Below are positions 41,082-49,885 of a DNA stretch of 64,000 nucleotides, piece after piece. The stretch's first letter is position 1; the number at the start of each line of letters is the position of its first letter. The stretch is from NCBI GenBank assembly GCA_965203175.1, contig OZ241867.1, positions 1,024,001-1,088,000 on the forward strand, written 5' to 3'. A program made the translations under genes and the position numbers. The notes beneath the pieces were generated by a model. It did no database searches. It had not been told where the DNA came from and worked only from the letters and a program-made list of their open reading frames with translations. The stretch comes from Candidatus Latescibacterota bacterium. Its GTDB lineage: Bacteria; Latescibacterota; UBA2968; UBA8231.

Positions 41082-42428
41082 ATGAGTTTCTTTCGTTCGA
41101 TGAAGTACCAAATCTTCGCGGCGGCAGCCCTGCTCCTCAGCGGCCCCTCTATCACCGCAGCCGCAGACCCGACCGCCCAAGCCCAGTGGAGCGAGTCCAT
41201 CCCCCTTCCCGACTTTCCTCTGATCGGTCCGGGCGAGCGCATAGAGGCATATATTGTCGATGGTCTGCTTCACGCCCGCCGCCTCGACCAAAACGACAAC
41301 CTCCTTTGGCACCTCATCCTCGCCGAAGCCGATCCAAACCAACCCCCTACCCTCGAATACGTCGGTGTTGCCGTCGAAGTGCGCCACGCCAACGGCGCGT
41401 ACTTCGTCCGCGACACCTTTCCGGGCAGCACTCTAGCCGCCCATCGGCAAAAATTGACACCGGAGGCATTCGCCAGCCTTGATACCACCGCCCGCCACAA
41501 CGGCATTGACCAAAGCGGGGCACAGAGCGGTCCTCCCACTCTGGCTCAGATTCAAAAACGTTTGCCAGAGATGATCGCCAACCTCGACTCCACCGCTCTG
41601 GATCAACTCCAAAAACTGCCGCCGGAGGCGTTCGCCAGCCTCGACCCCATCACTCTGGTTATACTCCAAAAACTGAGGCCGGAGGCGTTCGCCAACCTCG
41701 ACTCCACCGCTCTGGATCAACTCCAAAAACTGCCGCCGGCAAGTGAGAGTCGCGGCATCTTTAAATGGGAGAAGGACCGGCAGCTCTGGGTGGCCTTAGG
41801 ACCGAATATGAACCATTGGGATGCGCTCATCCGCCTGACTCCGACTGTGTTCGTACCGGAAAAGCCGGCCATTGGCCCTACTTTTTTGCGCTGGGACGAT
41901 GCCCAACTCCATGAGAGTAGCGGAGTGCTGCTCGCCCGCTATGTCTCCCCTGCCGAAGCGGACCGCAAGCAGCAAGGGCACAAATTGGTCCGGGGTGCCG
42001 TACCCTTCAACATCGAGGCCCAGCGCTGGATCAACCCCATCGGGGGCGGTGACCGCATAGGCTGGTTCCTAGGCAAAGCGGTGCTGCTGCATTTTTGGGC
42101 CACTTGGTCTCCCGAATCCATTGAGCAACTCGCCCACCACGACGAGTTATACGAAAAACACAAAGACCAAGGCCTAGTCGTTATCGCCGTCCACAGTTCC
42201 GAAGGAGCCGACGATCTGGATGCCTTCATTGCAGAACGCGGCTACACGTTGCCCATTGCAGTAGATGAAGGCGCGAGCGCACAGCGCTACGGCATCTGGA
42301 ACTTTCCCCAATCCATCCTCCTCGACCGCGACTGCCGGATAGCTTGGATCAGTCAGGAGGGCGAAGCGCCGAGCCCAGCTCAACTGAAGTACTTGCTCGA
42401 CGACATCGACACTTTTCCGGCCCACTAA
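41082..42428 (+). CDS. Secreted TlpA-like protein with a degenerate active site (SxxS), unknown N-domain and 19-aa repeats (type A)
   Basis: Signal peptide, GKAVLLHFWATWSPES, cis-Pro region FPQSILLD and PEAFA(S/N)LD repeats. Confidence 0.8.
   Translation: MSFFRSMKYQIFAAAALLLSGPSITAAADPTAQAQWSESIPLPDFPLIGPGERIEAYIVDGLLHARRLDQNDNLLWHLILAEADPNQPPTLEYVGVAVEVRHANGAYFVRDTFPGSTLAAHRQKLTPEAFASLDTTARHNGIDQSGAQSGPPTLAQIQKRLPEMIANLDSTALDQLQKLPPEAFASLDPITLVILQKLRPEAFANLDSTALDQLQKLPPASESRGIFKWEKDRQLWVALGPNMNHWDALIRLTPTVFVPEKPAIGPTFLRWDDAQLHESSGVLLARYVSPAEADRKQQGHKLVRGAVPFNIEAQRWINPIGGGDRIGWFLGKAVLLHFWATWSPESIEQLAHHDELYEKHKDQGLVVIAVHSSEGADDLDAFIAERGYTLPIAVDEGASAQRYGIWNFPQSILLDRDCRIAWISQEGEAPSPAQLKYLLDDIDTFPAH
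41460..41739 (+). repeat. Intragenic 57-bp (19-aa) tandem repeats
   Basis: A ~50-bp exact copy occurs at 41576 and 41690 (114 = 2 x 57 apart). Related units lie at about 44140-44420. Confidence 0.8.
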
Positions 42429-42450
42429 TCCCTAGCGAGAGGTTTTCACC

Positions 42451-43575
42451 ATGACTTGTGCTAAGATTTTCTGCACCGGCCTCGTAGCCGGACTGATCGT
42501 CGCCGCCTCAGAAGCCGCCGCGACTCCCGCTTGGCGCGATTCGGTCGATTTACCCGCCTCAATCGGCGGTTCCGTGCAGGCGCAACTGCGCCAAGGCTGG
42601 CTGCACGCTTGGCGCGCAGATGCCGATGGCCAAGAACTGTGGCATACCATCCTCGGCCGAGCGGATCAACCGGGCCGGATTGAAAAGGTCAACCCTTTTA
42701 CCGTCGTCGTTCACCACCCAGACGGCCAGTCGCATATTCGGGACGATCTTAATCGGAACCGCCTGTCGGGGCACCGCCAAGCACTGGTGGGCGAGCCTTT
42801 CTCCGGCCTAGAAACCGAGGTCGGCGATCCGCCAGATCCAGCCCAATCCACCTACCGCTCTGCCGAAAAGCCGTCCACCCACTTGACCCGCTGGCAGCGC
42901 GACCACTGGATCTGGGCTGGATCTGGCCCCTCGGACGCCCTGCTACACACCGTCGTCCGCCTCGCCCCCATCCTGACGGTCCCCCAGCGCCAAACTTTGG
43001 AAAAACCCACGGCCAATCAGGCAATCCTCCAGTGGGATCGCGCCGAATTCACCGACGACGGCCAGACCTTTGCCATCCGCTATATCAGCCCCAAGGAAAT
43101 GGAAGTCATGCACAAGCGGCACATTAAGGATCGGGGTGCCGTGCCCTTTGAAATTGACATTGAGCGCTGGCTACAGCCCATCGCCGGCCATGAGGACTTG
43201 AATAGTCTGGCGCAGCTACGGGGTAAGGTGGTGCTGATTGATTTTTGGGCTACGTGGTGTTCGCCCTGTGTAGAAAAACTGCCCTATGTCGCCGAATTGC
43301 ACGAACGCTATCGGGACCAAGGCTTTATCGTCATTGCCCTGCATTCGGCGGATATGGCCAGCAACCTAGATGATTTTGTCGGCGAGCATGACTATCCGTT
43401 CCCCATTGCTCTCGACACGGGCGAGACCGCCCGGCGCTACGGCGTCGAGGGCATCCCCCACTACATCCTAATTGGCCGGGATAACCGCATCGCCCGTGAT
43501 GGAGAGTCATTGGAATCACGACACTCACCGCCTACTGAAGAACAAATCGAGGCACTGCTGCGGGCCGGTAGCTAA
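42451..43575 (+). CDS. Secreted TlpA-family disulfide reductase with unknown N-domain (type B)
   Basis: Signal peptide, GKVVLIDFWATWCSPC and GIPHYILI. Confidence 0.85.
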   Translation: MTCAKIFCTGLVAGLIVAASEAAATPAWRDSVDLPASIGGSVQAQLRQGWLHAWRADADGQELWHTILGRADQPGRIEKVNPFTVVVHHPDGQSHIRDDLNRNRLSGHRQALVGEPFSGLETEVGDPPDPAQSTYRSAEKPSTHLTRWQRDHWIWAGSGPSDALLHTVVRLAPILTVPQRQTLEKPTANQAILQWDRAEFTDDGQTFAIRYISPKEMEVMHKRHIKDRGAVPFEIDIERWLQPIAGHEDLNSLAQLRGKVVLIDFWATWCSPCVEKLPYVAELHERYRDQGFIVIALHSADMASNLDDFVGEHDYPFPIALDTGETARRYGVEGIPHYILIGRDNRIARDGESLESRHSPPTEEQIEALLRAGS

Positions 43576-43636
43576 AGACGAGAACGCGATTCTTGAATGG
43601 TTTAAAGACCTATGCAGACGCTGCAATTGATCGATG

Positions 43637-43652
43637 TGGCCTGAGATGTGCA
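43637..43652 (+). promoter_or_regulatory. Duplicated sigma54 -24/-12 promoter
   Basis: TGGCCT-GAGAT-GTGCA followed by ccACGTCGAT, homologous to 40955. Confidence 0.6.
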
Positions 43653-43784
43653 CCACGTCGATATAGAACACACCTGAATACAAGGAGGCTTGCCGTGAAA
43701 ATGAACCCCAAAAGACCGCCTCACCAACCATCTTCATCCACCAACCGCCCCGACCTGTCGGGGACACCTCACAGGAGGCTTCAG

Positions 43785-45152
43785 ATGCGTTCCTTTCGTT
43801 CGATAAAGTACCAAATCCTCGCAGCGGTAGCCCTGCTCCTCAGCGGCCCCTACATCACCGCAGCCGCAGACCCGGCCGATCAAGTCCAATGGAGCGAGTC
43901 CGTCGACTCCGGTCCGGGCGAGCGTATAGAGGCCTATATTGTCGATGGCTTGCTGCACGCCCGCCGCCTCGACCAAAACGACATCCCCTTTTGGCACCTC
44001 ATCCTCGCCGAAGCTGACCCGCAACAACCCCCTACCCTTGAACACCTAGACGACGGCATCGAAGTGCGCCACGCCAACGGCTCGTACTTCGTCCGCGACG
44101 ACCTTGGCAACGCCTTGACCGCCCACCGGCAACGACTGGCACCAGAAGCGTTCGCCAGCCTCGATACCACCGTCCGCCAGAATGGCATTGACCGAAGCGA
44201 ACGCACTATGACTAGAGGGGGTACGGGGGGTACGAGGCTACCCACTCCGGCTGAGCTCCAGCAAGTGCCGCCGGAAGCATTTGCCAGCGTTGACCCCACC
44301 CTTCTGGCGGATCTGGTCCAAAAATTGGGGCCGGAGGCGTTCGCCAGCCTCGACACGGCCACTTTGGCTCTGATCAAAAAACGGGTGCCAGAGGCGTTCG
44401 CCAATCCCGACACCACCCTCCGCCAGAGCACCATTGACCAGAGCTCGCCCACTCGGGCTTCGCAACGCGGCATCACCAAATGGGAGAAACATGGGCAACT
44501 CTGGGTGGCCTTGGGACCGCATGCGAAAGATCATTGGGATACGCTCATCCGCCTGACTCCAACGGTGTTGGTAGTGGAAAGGCCGCGCTTCGGTATAAGA
44601 GGCAGCACGGGGTTTGTGCGCTGGGACGACGCCCAACTCTTGGATAGCGGCGATGTGCTAATAGCCGACTACATCTCCCCTGCCGATGCGGACCAGACGC
44701 AGAAAAATCACAGACTGGTCCGAGGTGCCGTACCCTTCAATATAGAAGTCCAGCGTTGGCCCAACCCCATCGCTCACGGCGACCGCCTAGGCTGGTTCCT
44801 AGGCCAAGTGGTACTGCTACACTTTTGGGCCACTTGGTCGCCCGAATCCATTGACCAACTCGCCTACTATGACGAGTTGTACAAAAAACACAAAGACGAG
44901 GGCCTCGTCGTCATCGCCATCCACAGCGCCGAAGGAGCCGACGATGTGGACGCCTTCGTCGCCAAACGCGGCTATACGTTGCCCATTGCAGTAGATGAAG
45001 GCGCGAGCGCACAGCGCTATGGCATCTGGAGTTTCCCCCAATCCGTCCTTCTTGACCGCAACTGCCGGATAGCTTGGATCAGTCAGGAGAGCGAAGCACC
45101 AAGTACCACCCAACTGAAGTACTTGCTCGACGACCCGTTCCCAACCCACTAA
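43785..45152 (+). CDS. Type A paralog (SxxS TlpA-like)
   Basis: AGGAGG RBS, near-identical N- and C-termini to 41082, HFWATWSPES. Confidence 0.8.
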   Translation: MRSFRSIKYQILAAVALLLSGPYITAAADPADQVQWSESVDSGPGERIEAYIVDGLLHARRLDQNDIPFWHLILAEADPQQPPTLEHLDDGIEVRHANGSYFVRDDLGNALTAHRQRLAPEAFASLDTTVRQNGIDRSERTMTRGGTGGTRLPTPAELQQVPPEAFASVDPTLLADLVQKLGPEAFASLDTATLALIKKRVPEAFANPDTTLRQSTIDQSSPTRASQRGITKWEKHGQLWVALGPHAKDHWDTLIRLTPTVLVVERPRFGIRGSTGFVRWDDAQLLDSGDVLIADYISPADADQTQKNHRLVRGAVPFNIEVQRWPNPIAHGDRLGWFLGQVVLLHFWATWSPESIDQLAYYDELYKKHKDEGLVVIAIHSAEGADDVDAFVAKRGYTLPIAVDEGASAQRYGIWSFPQSVLLDRNCRIAWISQESEAPSTTQLKYLLDDPFPTH

Positions 45153-45174
45153 CTCCTAGCGAAAGGATTTTACC

Positions 45175-46293
45175 ATGACTTGGGCTAAAACGCTCTGCAC
45201 TGGACTCGTAGCCGGACTAATCGTCGCCGCTGAGGCCACCGCGACTCCTGCTTGGCGCGATTCGGTCGATTTACCCGCCTCAATCGGCGGTTCCGTACAA
45301 GCGCAACTGCGCCAGGGATGGCTGCACGCTTGGCGCGTGGATGCCGATGGCCAAAAACTGTGGCATACTATTCTCGGCCAAGCGGATCAACCGGGCCGAG
45401 TTGAAAAAACCAACCCCTTTACCGTGGTCGTTCACCATCCAGACAGCCAGTCGCACGTTCAGGACGATACTAACCGGAATCGTCTGTCGGGGCACCGCCA
45501 AGCACTAGTGGGCGAGCCTTTCCCCGGCTTAGAAACCGAGGTTGGAGACCCGGCAGTCCAAGCCCAATCCACGTATCAATCTGCCGACGAGCCACCCCGC
45601 ACCCACTTGACCCGCTGGCAACGCGACCACTGGGTCTGGGCCGGGTCTGGACCCTCGGACGCCTTGCTACACACCGTCGTCCGCCTCGCTCCCATCCTGA
45701 CGGTTCCCCAGCGTCAAACCTTGGAAAAGCCCACGGCTGATCAGGCAATCCTCCATTGGGACCGCGCCGAATTCACCGACGACGGCCAGACCTTTGCCGT
45801 CCGCTACATTAGCCCTAGGGAAAAGGAAATCATGCACCAGCGGCACGCTGTGGAGCGGGGTGCCGTGCCCTTTGAAATTGACATTGAGCGCTGGCTACAG
45901 CCCGTCGCCGGTTATGAGGAATCCCCCTTGAACAGTCTAGGGCAATTGCAGGGCAAGGTGGTACTGCTCGACTTTTGGGCGACGTGGTGTCCGCCCTGCG
46001 TGGAAAAACTGCCCTATGTCGCCGAGCTGTACGAGCGCTATCGGGACCAAGGCTTCATCGTCATTTCCCTGCATTCGTCGTGGCGGGCCAGCAATCTAGA
46101 TGACTTTGTCGGCGAGCATGATTATTCGTTCCCCATTGCCCTCGACACGGGCGAGACCTACCGGCGCTATGGTCTCGATCCAGGAGGGCCTATACCCCAC
46201 TACATCCTGATCAACCGGGATAACCGCATCGTCCTTGTGGACGATCTGCCTACTGAAGAGCAAATCAAGGCGCTACTGCAGGCCGGTAGCTAA
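45175..46293 (+). CDS. Type B paralog (TlpA, CxxC)
   Basis: Highly similar to 42451, DFWATWCPPC. Confidence 0.85.
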   Translation: MTWAKTLCTGLVAGLIVAAEATATPAWRDSVDLPASIGGSVQAQLRQGWLHAWRVDADGQKLWHTILGQADQPGRVEKTNPFTVVVHHPDSQSHVQDDTNRNRLSGHRQALVGEPFPGLETEVGDPAVQAQSTYQSADEPPRTHLTRWQRDHWVWAGSGPSDALLHTVVRLAPILTVPQRQTLEKPTADQAILHWDRAEFTDDGQTFAVRYISPREKEIMHQRHAVERGAVPFEIDIERWLQPVAGYEESPLNSLGQLQGKVVLLDFWATWCPPCVEKLPYVAELYERYRDQGFIVISLHSSWRASNLDDFVGEHDYSFPIALDTGETYRRYGLDPGGPIPHYILINRDNRIVLVDDLPTEEQIKALLQAGS

Positions 46294-46346
46294 GTCAGAT
46301 ACAACAGTCCACTGTCTTTACGACGCTTCGCCGAAAGGATTTAGTT

Positions 46347-46523
46347 ATGCCCCTTATGACACTACCGGAGGCCGAAAAGCGGCAAATTTTGGCGGCCCTC
46401 GAAGTCACCAACTGGCGGATCTATGGCCCGAGGGGGGCTGCCCGTTTGTTGGGCATAGGCCCGGAGAAGCTGCGGTATCGCATGCGCAAGTACGGGCTGA
46501 AACGACCCAACGCCACCTCGTAA
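46347..46523 (+). CDS. Stand-alone Fis-type HTH microprotein (58 aa), copy of the EBP DNA-binding domain
   Basis: GAAAGGA RBS then MPLMTLPEAEKRQILAALEVTNWRIYGPRGAARLLGIGPEKLRYRMRKYGLKRPNATS*. Below the ORF-track length cutoff. Confidence 0.7.
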   Translation: MPLMTLPEAEKRQILAALEVTNWRIYGPRGAARLLGIGPEKLRYRMRKYGLKRPNATS

Positions 46524-46539
46524 ATGCCAGCCCGTAGCT

Positions 46540-46568
46540 TGGACAATCACCGAGGGTTTTCCTACAAT
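46540..46568 (+). promoter_or_regulatory. Sigma70-type promoter
   Basis: TGGACA-N17-TACAAT upstream of AAGGAG and ATG 46595. Confidence 0.55.
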
Positions 46569-46594
46569 CAATCACTCTCCCCAAGGAGTAACCA

Positions 46595-48811
46595 ATGTCA
46601 TATCGATTCCCAATCCGTTTAATCGCCGGTTCCTTAGCCGTTCTCGCCGTTTGTGCTAGCTACGGGACCGAGCAGCACTACTCGCTCCAAGACCTAGAAG
46701 CAGCAAAAGCGAAACTGCGCGAACACAATCGACTGTGGACGTTCGAGGCGGGAGCCATACTCGCCCAAGAATGGTTGAACCGCGTGCCTGAAGACGCCGA
46801 GTTACGGGCGCTCTACGCGCGTCAATTACACGGGCAGATCTACGGACCTAAAGAGATCCAAGAGCAAGCCGACGCGATCTTAGAACGGGATCCAGATAAT
46901 CCGTGGGGATTCTACGCGCAGGCGCTCGCGCTTCTGGCAGACTGGAATTATTCCGAGGCGGTCGAGCCCAGCCTGCGCGCTTGGAAGCTACTGCCCCATC
47001 CGGAGTTCGCCGCGACGCATCTTCAGGCGCTTAAGTCTAAAAGCGTGGAAGAGGGGCTGGCATTTCTGGACTTGCTGGATGCGGAAACACTCCAGCATCC
47101 CGAAGTCCTCCATGCCCGCGCGCAATTTGAGGCAAGTCGCGTGAGAGAGAATCCCGCCTATGCGGACACGAGCCTCGCTACCTTGGCCCTGCTGCGAGAG
47201 TGTTGGCCGGATCACGTCAGCGGCTACCGGCGCGCCGCGGAATATTTATGCCTAAAGAAGCCGCAGGAGGCGCTCACTCTGATCAAAACGGCGGTTCGCC
47301 TTGCGCCGGGCTCCGCCGATGTGCGTTACTGGCACTGGTGGATCCTTAACAAGACGGATATACTCCCCGCCGAGGAGCGACGCCCTGCCATTGAGGCCGG
47401 CATTGCCGAGTACCGGCAGGCCGTGCCGGAGGCCTTACACGGCCTAACCATGCTCGCCACGGTCTATAGCGAATTCCTAGAGAACGAAGAGAAGGCGGCA
47501 GAGTTTGAAGCGAAGCTGGTGGCGTTAGCTCCCGAGAGCAGACAGGCGTCGTGGGCCTACCAGCGAGAATACAAACGAATAGAGTCCGAGTTAGAGTCCG
47601 AACGTGACCGCATCGAGCGCGAGCATGGCGCGGACTCACAGAAATACCAAGACCAGCTTCGCCTCATCCGCGATGCAGCCTATCGGTTCGTAGAGAAGCC
47701 CCTCTACAACGACAGCTTCGGCCGCGAACGGGCGTACCGAAATCTATTCGAGGCCCTCGAAGCCATGAAGCCGATTCCGGCCGAGGAACTCGCCAATGCA
47801 GTTCGCGAGATGGTCCAGTGCGAGCAGCTCAACCCGCACTTCAAATACTCCATTGCTCCTATCTCAATGGCCAACCACACGCCATACGCCGAGGAGGCGG
47901 CCGAACTCGCTCGGGGTGGCATACAAGCCATACGCGATAAGGCCGAGGAGGAAGGGTGGGAGGAGAGTCGCCTAAACTACTACTTGACCGATGTCCACGA
48001 CGCCATCGGGTGGGCTAGTTACAAAGCAGGTCATGTCGAGGAAGGCCGCAACGAGCTTGAGCGGGCACTGGAGCTCTCGGAGACAAATACCAGTGCTCAC
48101 TACCACCTAGGCCAAGTATTCGAGCACATGGCGACCGAGGCCGAAGCTCAGGATGCAGCCGAGGCGTTCCGCAATTGGCTCGACAAGGCAGAGGAGTCCT
48201 ACATTGCTGGCCTTGATGCCCTAAGCTGGGGCCAACATCCCTGTCGGGAGGCGCTAGAGGCGCTGTACGAACGCCGGCACGGCTCGCGCGAAGGGCTCGA
48301 CGAGTATCTCGCCGCGTTTGTCGAACGGGAAAGACTCCAAAGACGCCAGCGGATTCTGGAATCACGGCTCGATACGGTCCGTACCTACGAACCGTTCTCC
48401 CTCGCTAAGCTCGACGGAGAGCGCGTCGATTCCGCCGATCTCGATGGCAAGATCGCCGTTCTGCATTTCTGGGGGACTTGGTGTGGCCCCTGCGTGGCAG
48501 AGCTGCCCGAGTATCATAAGTTCCACGCGCGCTATCTGGACGACCCCGCAGTGGAAGTGATCTCCATCAGCAACGACAAGTCGCGCGACGTACTCGATAG
48601 ATTCATGGTGGAGAATGAATACGATTTTACCGTCTTGGTGGACGACGGGTACGTGCAAAAGGCCGGTATCAATGGTTGGCCCACGACTTGGTTTGTCGAT
48701 GGCGACGGCTCGATCCAGTTCGTCAAAAGGGGGGGGAGTAGCGACTCGCATCTGGAGGAGGAGTTCGCATGGATCGTCGAGGCGCTGCGCGGTGCCGAGG
48801 AGAGCCCTTAG
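46595..48811 (+). CDS. Secreted TPR protein with a C-terminal TlpA/redoxin domain
   Basis: Signal peptide, TPR helices (DAIGWASYKAG, AHYHLGQV), HFWGTWCGPC and GWPTTWFVD. Confidence 0.85.
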   Translation: MSYRFPIRLIAGSLAVLAVCASYGTEQHYSLQDLEAAKAKLREHNRLWTFEAGAILAQEWLNRVPEDAELRALYARQLHGQIYGPKEIQEQADAILERDPDNPWGFYAQALALLADWNYSEAVEPSLRAWKLLPHPEFAATHLQALKSKSVEEGLAFLDLLDAETLQHPEVLHARAQFEASRVRENPAYADTSLATLALLRECWPDHVSGYRRAAEYLCLKKPQEALTLIKTAVRLAPGSADVRYWHWWILNKTDILPAEERRPAIEAGIAEYRQAVPEALHGLTMLATVYSEFLENEEKAAEFEAKLVALAPESRQASWAYQREYKRIESELESERDRIEREHGADSQKYQDQLRLIRDAAYRFVEKPLYNDSFGRERAYRNLFEALEAMKPIPAEELANAVREMVQCEQLNPHFKYSIAPISMANHTPYAEEAAELARGGIQAIRDKAEEEGWEESRLNYYLTDVHDAIGWASYKAGHVEEGRNELERALELSETNTSAHYHLGQVFEHMATEAEAQDAAEAFRNWLDKAEESYIAGLDALSWGQHPCREALEALYERRHGSREGLDEYLAAFVERERLQRRQRILESRLDTVRTYEPFSLAKLDGERVDSADLDGKIAVLHFWGTWCGPCVAELPEYHKFHARYLDDPAVEVISISNDKSRDVLDRFMVENEYDFTVLVDDGYVQKAGINGWPTTWFVDGDGSIQFVKRGGSSDSHLEEEFAWIVEALRGAEESP

Positions 48812-48860
48812 TGCCCTGAAGTGCTAGTTAGTTATTACGAGGGCGGCAGAAGGGGTCGAT

Positions 48861-49322
48861 TCAAGGACTCGCGGCTTCTAAACCGATGGCTTCGATCTCT
48901 TCGAAGGAGGCGAAGTCCCCCGCATTCTCGGTGATCAGACGATCGATCCCCTCCGCGAGCATGGTCGCCACGATGTTGCCGTCGTGGACGCGCTTGCCCG
49001 TCAGGCGATGCGTCTGCACGAGATCCCGCAGACGGCGGGCCACCCTCTCTGACTCCTCGCAGAACAGGAAGGGCGGACGGGTGAAGACATCGATGTTCTT
49101 CAACGCATCTTCCGTGGCCAAACCGAGACCATTGACTTCGACAGGACGCGTGGCGACCACGAGGTATTCGCGGATTATCTGACCACTGAGGGCCAGAGTC
49201 GCTTTGCCTTCTCCTGCCGCTTGCAATAGCTCCCGAGCCTCGGCGTGGTGGCTGCGCGAACGATCTGTGGCCGACAGAAACACGTTGGTGTCGGCGAACA
49301 GGATCTCACCTGCCATCGTCAT
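48861..49322 (-). CDS. vapC: PIN-domain toxin (VapC-like)
   Basis: FADTNVFL, IIREY, HDGNIVATM and ITENAGDF. Confidence 0.88.
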   Translation of the reverse strand: MTMAGEILFADTNVFLSATDRSRSHHAEARELLQAAGEGKATLALSGQIIREYLVVATRPVEVNGLGLATEDALKNIDVFTRPPFLFCEESERVARRLRDLVQTHRLTGKRVHDGNIVATMLAEGIDRLITENAGDFASFEEIEAIGLEAASP

Positions 49323-49536
49323 CGTAGATCTCGCTTCGAGACCATGTCGATGTGGCTCGGCCGGTCTCCACCATAATCCAAGCTATCGCCTCTGGCTGTT
49401 CGGGCGGTGCGGTGCGAGCGGCCCGCTCCAGTATTGTATGCAGTTCTCCCTGGAGCGAGCGACGGTGGCTCTTGGCCAGCCGTTTCAGGGCAGCCAGCGT
49501 GTTGGGATCCACATCCCTGATATGTAGTGATTTCAT
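49306..49536 (-). CDS. RHH antitoxin (FitA/VapB-like)
   Basis: LHIRDVD...LKRLAKSHRRSLQGEL, ends SRSEIYDDDGR, overlaps the toxin start. Confidence 0.85.
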   Translation of the reverse strand: MKSLHIRDVDPNTLAALKRLAKSHRRSLQGELHTILERAARTAPPEQPEAIAWIMVETGRATSTWSRSEIYDDDGR

Positions 49537-49541
49537 ACTGT

Positions 49542-49571
49542 TATCAAAATGATACCATCACTCTCTGTCAA
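49542..49571 (-). promoter_or_regulatory. TA promoter with overlapping operator palindrome
   Basis: Minus strand TTGACA-N17-TTTGAT 6 nt before the ATG (possibly leaderless). TATCA-ttt-TGATA inverted repeat overlaps the -10. Confidence 0.55.
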
Positions 49572-49630
49572 GGGCCGCGTAGGTCCGGTAGCGTATTCAT
49601 TTGAGATGCCCAGGTGCAACATCACCAATC

Positions 49631-49672
49631 CCTGCTGTCCGCTCGCGTACACCTGCTGTCCGCTCGCGTACA
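49631..49672. repeat. Perfect 21-bp tandem duplication, candidate UAS
   Basis: CCTGCTGTCCGCTCGCGTACA x2, about 150-190 bp upstream of the sigma54 box at 49820. Confidence 0.75.
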
Positions 49673-49819
49673 GTAGAAAGATCATCAAAACGGCGGATAT
49701 TGCCAGAGTTTGAGAGGCAGATAAAAATTATCTCACTTTTAATAAAGTATTATTTAACAGGAAGTTAGATAAACAAGATAGAGTAATCAGCGCGATTGGC
49801 GACCGCTCGCTCCCTCTAT

Positions 49820-49835
49820 TGGCACGATAGTTGCG
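49820..49835 (+). promoter_or_regulatory. Sigma54 -24/-12 promoter
   Basis: TGGCAC-GATAG-TTGCG, near-consensus, with an AT-rich tract at about 49720-49790. Confidence 0.8.
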
Positions 49836-49885
49836 GTAGTGCTTACCGAAGCAACAACCCGCACTCTTCCACAAAGGAGGGCATC

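Noticed and set aside
42097-42120. Selenocysteine or sequencing error explaining the missing CxxC
   Set aside because: Codons are TCT and TCC (Ser) with no TGA, and the paralog independently reads WSPES (TCG/TCC).
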